Positions 39,331-51,200 of a stretch of DNA of 64,000 nucleotides are shown one piece after another (the first letter of the stretch is position 1; the number at the start of each line of letters is the position of its first letter). This DNA comes from Lingula anatina (Eukaryota; Animalia; Brachiopoda). The stretch spans positions 27,652,001 to 27,716,000 of the forward strand of contig CM120642.1 in the NCBI GenBank assembly GCA_051362555.1, read 5' to 3'. Made by a program: the position numbers and the translations under genes. Below the pieces are notes generated by a model. The model searched no databases, was not told the DNA's origin, and saw only the letters and a list, made by a program, of their open reading frames with translations.

Positions 39331-42211
39331 GTGTCACCAGCTAATAAGGTTAACGGAACAATGGAGATGAGGCGTTACTTCCTTGAGAGCAAGCAAGTCT
39401 TCACGTGGGACCAGACGACCGTGGACACAATCACAACACGTGACTTTATAGCAGACGACGGGTCCCGAAAACGTGAAGAGAGTCACGTGATTGAAAAGAA
39501 CACTCTTTTCACGCGTGATTATTCGTTTAAATTCGGAGGAATTGAACTTCTTGCTCATTTCGAAAAAGATAAATCTAAATATATAAATAGCTTTGGACAG
39601 GATCGTGAGGAAGATGAACACGTGGTAGTGCCAAGTGCCACACCCACTCTACAGCTAGGGGACGACGAGGAAAAACAGGCGACGCTGCAGGAACAACAGA
39701 TATTAAAACCTGCTGAACCAGAACCACCACAGAAACCCACTCCGCAGGAAGTGGATCAGATAGACAATACTATAATCGTGGATGCTACATATCCAAAAAC
39801 AGAACTCGACTTAACACACCCGCCGGGTGTTTCTCTTACTGACAAAGTCTTACAGAAACCACCGACACCAATCTCTAACGGAGAAATTCTACCTGTAGAT
39901 ATACAGTCAAACAAGCAGGACGATGGGACGCCTGATGAAGATACGAAACCCGAGGTCGGTAAACAAGATGCACAGCCGATAGATGGCAGCACAAGTACAG
40001 ATCAGTCTACGTCCGAGGTATTTATCACACCCCAGGGAACTCCCACAGAAATCCTGTCGCCCGACGAAGAGCAGGTAGGGCTAAAATTGGAGGAAAAGCG
40101 CCTCATCAGACCGCCAAGTCAGTCATCAGATGACAAACCGGAACGCCCTGACGAACCGTCAGCATTTGATCAAAACAAACCAGAGAGCCCGAAAAGAAAT
40201 GGCGTTTCAGTACAAGATGTAGTATTTCAGACTGATTTGGAAACAGTAACCACAGAGGAAACTCGAAAAGCACCAGGTGGAGCACAAGAGCCGAAAGAAG
40301 AGCAAGTGAGTCCAGATGGACCTCAGGCTTTAATTGCTTTGGATGAGCCTCGAGATATTCAAACCGCAATCATGCCGTCAGAAACTTTACAAAAACCAGA
40401 AGATCGCAATTTAGATGATCGTGAGCCTGAACCTAAAGATAAAAAGTTTATGTTAAAAGACATGGTTGAATCGGCATTTGATACAATTGAGATTGAGGAA
40501 ACGAGGACGCCGCCCAAGCCAGGAGAATCGCACGGACAAGAACCCAGGGAAGATTTAATTAGTCCGGATAAATCTACAGAAACTATGGATTTAGATACGC
40601 TCGTCCCACAGACTGCGACACTTTCAGTCGAAACGTTAGAAAAACCTGTGACGGAGGAAGTCAAGACACCTGAAGAGGAACCAAAAGATATAATTAATTC
40701 AGATGTTGATATAGACAAAATTGTGAAAAAGGAAATTCCACCAAAAACAGATACCATATACGAACAAGAGCCCATGGAAGAGCTTGCGGGACCAGACGAA
40801 CCGAAGCAGACAATAGTTTTAAAAGATGATGAAATCGTAGAAAGTGCAACTGTTCCCGAAAAAGTATTGCAAAGCCCAGTTGTACAGATATCGGAAGAGA
40901 ATCCTCCTACACAAAAAATTCCAGTCGAAACGTTAGAGAAACCAGTGGCCGAGGAAATGGATAAGACTCCAGAAGAAGAAGATCCTAAACCGAAAGACAT
41001 AATTGAGTTAGATGTTAAAGCTAACGGAACTGACGAAAAGCAAATTCCATCAAAGACTGATGCCATATATGAACAAGAGCCCATAGAAGAGCTTGCGGGA
41101 CCAGACCAACCGAAGCAGACTATGATTTTAAAAGATGATGAAATCGTAGAAAGTGCAACTGTTCCAGAAAAGGTATTGCAAAGCCCAGTTGTACAGACAT
41201 CAGAGGAGAGTCTTCCTACACAAACTGCACCTGCCGAGGAAGATGAGGTAAAGCCATTAGATGAAAGGGCAATAGAGGGCACACCTTTATCATCCCAAGA
41301 ACCATCAGAAGACGTGGTATTTTCGCCAGACACAGTTACTGTTCCATTAGATGATGAAGTCAATATTCCAGAAGCTACCACTACAGCTAAGCTAGACGAG
41401 GAATTGCTTGAACCTCCACCTTTGCCAAAAAAGACACGTAAATCGCAAGAGCTAGACGAGCGCATAGTGACTGTTATGGAGGACAAACCAGTTTTAGACT
41501 TGGATACCAATCAAAATGAAACAATGGCGATACCTGGACAAGTCCTGCAAGCTCCGCCGCCGCCATCACAAGAACCGGAAGTGGGTGAGATAAAAAGACC
41601 GGAAGTTGACGCTACGGTGGATGTGGAAAGTAGTCATCCACAAACTACCAGTATGAGTGTTTCAGAGGAAACTTTAGAAGGTCCTTCTGTAACGGCATTG
41701 ACAAAACGTAAAGAAACAACAGTGACGGTTACAGAAACTACGTTAGTCGAACAGGAAGAAGATATAACTCCATCAGAACTTAGAAAAATGGTAGAATCTG
41801 CTTTTGATATAGTTGACGAATCTGAGGCTCAGGAAAACGTTACCGATGTACCATTAGAAGTCGAAGACCTCCCAACTCAGGAGATTCCTGAAGACGTGTC
41901 AAATGTCCGTAGTCAAGAAACCATCCAACGCTACGTGGAACCAACACACGTGGACGAACAGCACGTTCAGCCAGCCAATGACATTACTCCAACAACAGAA
42001 GACGAAAAGCAGATACAAGCGCAAGAAGCTATGGTAGCAGCAACGGAAGTCCAAGTAATACAACAAGACGTGTCTCTAACTGGAGAAGAGGAGGAACCAT
42101 CTCAACACGAATCTCTGCTTCGTGAAATGGTGTTAGCTGCCATGGAAATAAAAGACGGGGAGCCTGTACCAGATACTGCAGAAGAGGAGGAGGAAAACGA
42201 AGAGCCATTGG
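39331..42211 (+). CDS. 2881-nt single exon encoding an acidic Glu/Pro/Thr/Asp/Val/Lys-rich, probably disordered region
   Basis: Uninterrupted 960-codon frame bounded by acceptor 'ttttcttacttcag|' and donor 'g|gtatga'. No Cys and few aromatic residues after the first ~90 aa. Confidence 0.9.
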
Positions 42212-45200
42212 GTATGATCATGCCTTTTATTTTGTTTAAGATGTGAGGTTTTTTTCCTGGGTGTGAGGACAAAACTGGTTGCATAACTAAAAAGGTCCTA
42301 AAGGTCCTAAAGCCACACATGTATTGACAAAAATAAACTTTCAATTAAGACCGGCCACAGCCGGAAAATTGACTAAATAAAAAATTTAATTATATTTAAT
42401 AACTGCAATAATTATTTTTCAGATGTTTACCACACTCAGGATACTGCTGTTCCAAGCAAATTCGTCTTTCTGCCGGAGACTCTGTTCAAATTTATTCCTT
42501 GGACGACGTTTCGAGTGCGATCAGAGAGCGAGGTTTACGTCGCTTTGACCAAAACCCTTGAAGACGTCGAGAACGACGCTCATGTTATAACCCTTGGGGC
42601 CCTAGACAACACCCTTACCACGATCCAGGATGGGTCAAAAGGGCCCGTGGTAAATGCTTGCAAAACGGACAATATTCTGTCTGAGAAATATTTCAGGAGT
42701 TTTTGGATCAGCTGGGATAATCATAAACTACAAATAGGAAAAGGGAGACGAAGAGGATACAGAACCATCATGGAATATGATATACCAGAAAACAGAAGGT
42801 TTCCAATAAAATACGTCGCCGTTGGCACTGGTGAAAAACCGTCTGAATGGGAATTTTTCCTCACACCAGGTACATTAAATTTGCATGCATGTATGTTTTA
42901 TTTATGCTTTATGTTATGCCTCTACGCTTCCCTCCTTTTGCGTGTTACACCGTATTTTAAAGCGATTTAAAAACTATGACTTATTTGCTCCCCCCTTAAT
43001 GGGTTATACAATGTAAAATGCTTCACGCTTCTTATACGAATTCCCAAACGGAATTGAGCTCTCATCAGTTATGGAGAACACATAAACAATTATTCTCATT
43101 TATTCTCATATTGACTATAAGCACGAAAAGAAACGCCCAAAGCGAAAGTGTTTTGAAGGAATTATTTCTTAAAACCTTCGACGAATCGATGCTTTAACAA
43201 TTTTGTATTATTTTAGTTGTTTTGGTTACACTAAAAATTAAATAGTACTGACACTCACTGTTGATACTTCGTATTCACGTAAATTGAATGAGAGGATAGC
43301 ATGATTACTAAACTTGGATTATAACCGGTCTTTGTAAATAAACAATTGACTTTTACCGTATAGTTACATATGATGGTCTTTGCAGCCTTGCAATAAACTT
43401 ATATAATGAAACATTATTGCTATACACAATGTTGTTTGCAGAACTGAAAGCAATGATCCAAGACACAATTGGCGTTGAAAGGCTAGACTCCTTTGAAGAG
43501 CAAATTCCAGGAGAAGAAAAGATGGCGCCCCCACAAGAGGAACTCACCACAGAACCTCTACCTGGCCGCCAGATGGGGCTAGTGGAACAGAGCATTACTG
43601 AAGGAGCAGACGATGAAACCTTGGGATTAGTGGAACCTAGAATAGGTATGTGGATTGGATAATAGACTGTACTACACTGATTAATAGAGAGATTAACAGA
43701 GTGCAGGAACAGTGCACCGGAATGGCGTTTCTGTTCCTAAGGTAGCTGCTGGTGTACAATACTTTGACCATGCCTTATTCTAGGAAAGGTAGGCCATTTT
43801 TTTAGAAAAAATTCTGTTCTCAAATTTGTAGTATGGATTTATACGTTTAGCAGCAAATAGATATTTTTTTCGTATTGTAAAAATAATTAGATGAAAGGTT
43901 TCAAATTAATGCGTTCTACAGGTGATATCTATATTTCATCTTAATATAGTTATATTGATGTTCATCGTCCTGCCCGCATGCTTGCTGGCAGACAGTTCAA
44001 AGATTTATACGGAGCATCTTCTGTACGCATTTGAATGGATTTACGATGACGATATATCATCTTCACATAAAGATAAAGGGTATCGCGGTATGAGGGAGAT
44101 TAATCAAAGCTCTCTCCATGGATAGACGAGCCTGTTTCAGTATAAGTCTGTTGTAAGTCAATGTAAATATCTTGCGGTAGAGGACGGTTGCATCGTCGCC
44201 GTTGCCGTTGACCTGGCAAAGTATGTCTATGATACACGGCACGTTATCAAGCACGCAAGATAAATAAGAAAAAACATGAAAATGTGACCTCTGGTGACTT
44301 CGCATGTAATCAGTAAGTCATTGTACATGTACCACTGGGTGCGTGTACAGTTCTATCAGAAGAACTGTCGCTGTTCAGTTATCGTGTGTTTCATGCTTAT
44401 ATGCTTTATGATTTACAGCCAATTTCCGTACCCTGACCGTTTTCCACGTTGGAGAGTATCGCTTCATCGACGGCTATCCTCTAGATGACTGCCAATGGGT
44501 AGTGTTCGGTCTTCAGGCAGCGTCTGATGTGAGGGTGATTTTAACCTCGGAGTATGACGAACTTTCCCAAAGATGCTACGAAGTAATAATCGGTGGAGAT
44601 AACAATAGTAAGACAGAAATCATGGCCTCCGGAGAGAAGCAGGATGAATGGAAGACTCAAAGCATTCTTTCAAAGGATATGTACAAGACATTCTGCCTCA
44701 GTTGGAACGAAGGTAGGCTACAGTTATACCGACATTGGACAGCCTTTAAGTTATTTATATACATTTTAATGAAATAACTAGCAAACATCATTGTTAGACC
44801 ATATAATGTGGCTTCTCCTACATGTATATTAGGCAGTAAGGAGAACACCTGACCACGTTATTATAAAATAAAACTCAATTTTAGCCACCCCTTCTCTCCT
44901 TTACATGAAACAGCATTTCAGTGAGACTGTGATAGCCATTGCTTCCTCCTTGCTGGAAAAGGTTAACAGATATTATTGCCAAAGTAGTCATTCTTGACGC
45001 CACTTGGTAGACGGCCATATTGAAATGATATACAGAAACAATCAGCACCTGTCATGTGCATGTGATTAGCAGGTCTGGAAATAGGAAAATTACGTCTGAG
45101 TATACGTTTTTTTAGTTCTATTCTTCAAAGGGAATAGCATTAGTCGGAGCGGGGTTGTGAACATTACCTTCTGCTGGTAATAATAATCAGCAATCACTTG

Positions 45201-48200
45201 TTGGTAAGGCATGCGCATATGTTTGTTTTATTCATCAAAGAGTACATTCAACCTTGTATCGGTTAAGCAAGAGGTACTTTCGGATCATTTTTTCCTGAAA
45301 AATCACGGAAAAGTATTTTGTATATTTGACAAGGTAATGAAAGAAATAAGGTAAAAAATGTTCGTCAAAGATAGAAATGCGCTGTTTGCGTGATGTAAGC
45401 GCTAGCCTACATCTACCTGTTACAGCAACTTATACGGCATAATGGAAGATTATGTTATGAATAATAAATATAAATAAACCTGAGCTTTAATACATTTGCC
45501 GTGAAATACGAATTCTTCAAATGGTGACAATCTTCTGGCAGTATGTCCCTTGCCACGAGGGTCAGTAGTGTTAAACTGACCGGTGGGTGGCTTATGGCAG
45601 TTATGATTTTCTGGGTTTAATAGAAAATTATATGAGACGTTGTGCCGCAATAGAATTATTGCCTATCATATGTTCTACATCATTGTTGCTGCAATGGCCC
45701 TGATGACAGATAATAGTATACGAAACTGTGTCATAACGGCAGTAAATTATGAATGTGTGTATTGCATGTACATTTTCTGCATCAGTTTTAGACTAATAAC
45801 TGATGACTAGTAGCGGATTAGAAGAAATTTACTCTATTAGTTATTTGCCATTATCGAAAGTAACGCCGAAACTGCTCATCGTGTGAGGTGTTGGAATTAA
45901 CTCGAAATTAAGTCATATTCACCCGGAATTTCTCAGATAACTGTTAACTAACCTTCATCATCAGCATGGCTTTTCCGTTTCCAATCACTATAAGAGGAAG
46001 AAGTTACCTGGGATTGAAGGAAGTTTTCGGTTATCTGTGATTCTCGGGGTGGTCCTGCTGGCATCGTTTGGCATATCTTTACATGATACAGAGGGCATGC
46101 ATGAGGAAAATGAGGCGCGTGGATGTATGCAAATACAGGCACGTTCACACGGAAAAAGATAGAAAGGACCATGGGGAGGATGAATGGAGTAGATACATTT
46201 TTAATTTACATGTTTTTATCCTCAATGCATACATTTTAGTAAATAAATAAATAAATAAATAAATAAAATATAATACTGTAGAAAGGACACTGTGGAGTTT
46301 CGGATTGCGCCTCTTGTTTATTGTAGAAAAAATCATCAAGTTCAACAGTCTGGTAATATGGCTGACGAAGGTGTAGCTGTGTTGAGAAAGCTTGATAACG
46401 GTTTTCCACTGATGACAAATATGTTTCAAACCCGATTTTCCCCGTCTGAGCGCACATGTGCTATCAGATGCTTCATGTGTCACATGTAAGGCGAAAGAAT
46501 AGCAAAGATGTTTATATAACGCACTTTATAGTTTACTCTGCTGTGAGCAATGGATTCCAAAGAGGTGAAAAATCCGACATTCCTTATTTAACAACCCCAA
46601 GGTCAAGTACCCTTTTAGGAAGAGTTACCAAAATGACTCAGTAGTAGAATGAGACCTACGTGAACAGTAATTAATGGTGTTCCATTGCAGTTCACGACCA
46701 GTGGCGTTTTGATTTTTACATAAAAGTTATGCTGGACACGATTGGATTTCAGGTCTTTTCTTTGTCTACATGTCCTGTAAAACTTCGTATCTTCCCAATG
46801 ACAACCTAACAAATACATACATGTATATAGTCTCTCAAATAAAAGTCGTCTGCAACAATTTATTTATGTATAACATAGCAAAATGACACAGAAATCTTAA
46901 TCTTACATTCATTTATTTCACAACTTCTCAAATTCGAGACTTTTTCATGATGGATGAATTTGTTGTGCAGTTATTTCTTGCTGTGAAGTCCTTTATTTGT
47001 GATTATATTATAATTACAACGCAGGTAAATAATCCTGTAAGACAATCACTTATCCATATTTATTGAATCAATGATCGTTTTCAGATAAAATCGAGCTTGC
47101 AGAAGGTGTGGAGGGTAAATACCGCAGTGTGTTGGAGTGGAACATCCCAGGGGGAAAGAAACACACCATCAAATACCTAGCCATCTGTGGTACAGGGGTA
47201 TGGAAGATACCGGAATATACATGTAAGTAACACTTTTTCTGTGTCAGAATTGCCCCCTTCGTATATTATAACTGACCAGTTCGTAACTACCTCGATTGAT
47301 TGGTATATCCTGTAAAAGCTTTTTTTTAAAACTTAATTAGAGGTATGACTAGATTTAAGACCATCCCTTTTGTACTGACTGTTTTTTGTTTGTGATCTCA
47401 TTGAAAGTTAGGGATGAAAATTAAAATCGTACTATCATTGTGTAAGAAACCGTTGCTGTTTCACAATTTTTTTTACAAAATTCAAATATGTGGCACTGAA
47501 ACACGATTTTTATTCGTTTTGTTCCTCCAGCAAAGCCCCCGAAAGATTTTCAAAAGAGGGCGACGTACTTGGTCAGCAAAGCTCTGGAACTAGAGCCCCA
47601 GGAGCCTTCTTATACAGAGGTCACAGAGCAGCGGGTACGGTTAGGGGTACTTCTGGCACAACAGGAAGAATTGGAAACAGTCACCCCTATGAAACTGGAA
47701 CCTAAAATAGGTAGGTTTGCGTCCGTTGAAGTAATATAGGTTGGTATTTTACTATGTGATAGCGCGAATAGCGCTCGCAAAACAAGAAGCATTTTGTGTG
47801 GGAGATGAAATATTCGCTTTTCATTGTATTTACAACCTAGTTTTTTCATTCAAGCAGTAGATACAGCACAACTGATACGATGTCGTTGCTTGAGCGTAAA
47901 ATACGACATACAACACAATGGTTTTCTGTTGATACAGCTTTACTGAACAGTCTGATCTTCCAAAAAGCAATATCACCTTTGATATATTCAATGTGTATTT
48001 ACGTAAAGATTTGTTTATCCTTTCGGGCTAGGGGGTATGTATATAAGAACCTCGCAAGGTAGGCTTGACTATCTTCGTAGTGCTATAGACCAATGTTGTT
48101 ACACCTGTCGACAACACAATGTCTGGTAGATAGGTTCGGCAAGCAAGAACCTGGCTATATTTACCACAATACCAAAACATGTACACATTGTGGTTTAAAA

Positions 48201-51200
48201 TGGTTATGCCGAGACGAAACAGTTCATTACAGCCCATTAATTGAAACGTGTTTTTCTTTCGGCAAGCCCCCCTTTTTTTTGTAAAGATTATGATTATTAC
48301 ATATGCAAGAGATAGGTGTATAATTTATAATACGTTTAATATCCACCAAGGTTCTTTGAAATGATAATTGTGATTAAAATAATTTACTGACTTCACGTTT
48401 TTTTTATTATACATGTATTTTTTTTAAATAATCAGTCACGTTTATTCCGGAAAGGTCAACTCTTATTCATGAGCGATGTGTTTGTCATAATAGCCTTTAG
48501 CAATATTTAGGTAAATAGCAATGAACATTTGATGTCTTTCAGAAAATCTCCAATCGTTCACCATTAGCCAAGAGACAGACATTCGCTTTATTGATACACA
48601 TCCCGTGCATCAGCAGCGTTGGTTTGTTTTTGGAGTTCGCGCCGCTAACGATGTCCGAGTTTATTTATCGTCGGCGGCAGGAGAAACGAAAGAGAATTGT
48701 TACACGGTGCAACTGGGATGTGAGGGGAACACTAAGACGCAGGTTGTGGTGTCGGGGGTGTCACAAATAGAAGTCCCGACTCATGGGATTCTCTCTGACG
48801 TGGTCTTCAAGACTTTCTGGGTTAAATGGGACGACGGTGAGCATTGTGAATTTTTAAAAATTATTTATTTTGCTAAATGATCTTGTATTTTGTAACAGTT
48901 TCATTTCTTAATGGCATTCGACATTTCGATAATTTTGAATAGCTAACGCTTGTCCAATGTAATCACAGAAATGAGATAAGATCATCAATGTTTATGTTAA
49001 GTCCTTGTTTGATTTAATATTTGATGTGATATCGTCATTAAAATATAAGTAAAAAACAACGTCAAAATAACATTACGAAGCAAGATTTGTTAATTATTCA
49101 AAATAAATAAATTTGGCTGCAATTTGAAGTTACCCAAGTGTTTTATACTCTTCCTCAGATAAACTAGAGGTTGGAGAAGGTGACAGAGATGACCAGCGTT
49201 CAATATTAGAGTGGACAATTCCTGATGACAAACGATTTCCCGTCAACGCCATCGCTTTATCAATCGGCGCTACACCGGCAGAATTCAGAGTTCCAGAGTT
49301 TAATGGTAAGACTAGTTCAATACTGTGGGGATGACATTTATCCCTTTAAAAGACGCAGATATGAGATGTCGCAGAGTTATACACCTGTCACAAACACGAT
49401 ATATCACAACTGTCGTTTTTGTCTTAAAACATCATATGAAAAGTTATTTAAAAGCGATGCTTATCTCTGACAGGATAGCACATACCATACTGTCACGCCT
49501 GCCTAGGGCGGCTTATGCCTATCAAAAATTAGCACTTCGTGCCAACATCATTACCGCACCTGTTGCCAAGATGATCGTATCCATAAAGCAAAACGCATTT
49601 ATTAAAGCTGATTTGAAGACGTAAAACATAATGAAATTAAATTATTTTAAGTTTTTCATATTAAATTAAATAAAACAAAATTTTGCTCCTAATCAGAAAA
49701 AACTAAAGGTCTCCGTTTCAAATCAGCACAAACGCTCTTTCACAGTAGAGACTATAAATGATTCGTCGGCAATTTCGCAAATACATGGTGTGTATTTTCA
49801 TTTTGATATTTGATAGCTGTTTCCGAACTTCCCAAGGCCACTCAGTTACTGTATATGGTCCTAGAAATGGAGCCAGAGAAAACTGCGGAGGAGGCCATAG
49901 TAAAAATGACAGAACCGGAACTTGAGACTGTACAGCAGCAAGAAGAGCAGACGCCTTTCGAAGAGCTAGTGGCATTGGAGCCTAAAATTGGTACAGCAGA
50001 AATTGACTTTCGTAAACAGAAAGAAATGGGTTAATTGGGAAGCTTTTGCTGAAGCAATTACCCCGTGCTGTGCCACAAAAATTACTACAACATTTCTTTA
50101 CACAGATCAGAATAAAATACTTCGAAAGTTTTGCTATCTTTACACCTGTCCTCTTCCAATAAGGTGTTCTCATAATCATCAGTAAACACGAATAATTTAA
50201 CATACATATTAAAGCCATCCAAAGTTTTTTCTAAATATGTTATAATGAGAAAATTTTCACTATTTTTTTTTCGATTTTTAGACCACTTCAGTTGTCTCAC
50301 AATATTCCAAGTCGATGCTACCCGTGTCCTTGAGGGATACCCGTTACCAGGTCAGCGGTGGTTTGTATTCGGTCTCCGGGGTTCATCTGATGCCCGCGTG
50401 GCTCTGCTCAACGTAGAGGAAAACGTTGCTCGTAAGAGCTATGAAGTGGTTTTAGGGAGTGAGGGGAACACGAAGACTGAAGTGAAAGAACATGGGGTAA
50501 CTCAGATGGTTATTCCTACTGAAAACATCCTGTCAAAAGATGTCTTCAAGACATTCTGGATTAACTGGGAGGACGGTACGTTTTTATCTTAACTATATAT
50601 GTTTAATGCTTCTAAATCATCGCCATTAAGTGTTTCTGTTGATAAAAGTTTAATGTTAAATAAATATTGATATTCGACTAATATAGTATGTTTGGTTGGT
50701 AAAGACGTACTGCCAGAATACAGTTATACAGCTAATAACTTAATAAACATGCACCAGCCCAACAAATCGTTGTGCGATTGATCTTTTATAGATAAACTCA
50801 CTCTTGGAGAGAATGATGAAGGTAAACAGAAAACAAAACTGGAGTGGGAAATCCCGAAGGAAAAAAGACACCCAGTGAATGCGGTAGCAGTTTGTTGTGG
50901 GGATGAAAAGGGCGCTACATGGATGGTACCAAATTTTGAAGGTAAAGAACATTTTGTAGTTTTTCATGATCCTTTAATTAGCAGACAGCGTCCATTGAAA
51001 GCATTTTATTAAAATACATAGAAGATAGAAAAAGTGTAAACAGACAGGTCGTGGTATGTGGACTAGTGTGAATTTGAGATATAAGATAACGCTTAGCTTT
51101 TTCCTCAAATAGTCACCACGCTGCCGAATGATGTCAATAAAGTTTCCCACGTCACCTACATGACCCTGCAGGCAGGGTGTGCTGACACACCAATTGTTGA

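Noticed and set aside
40359-41510. 383-aa Ser-rich minus-strand ORF
   Set aside because: Antisense shadow of the Glu-rich giant exon.
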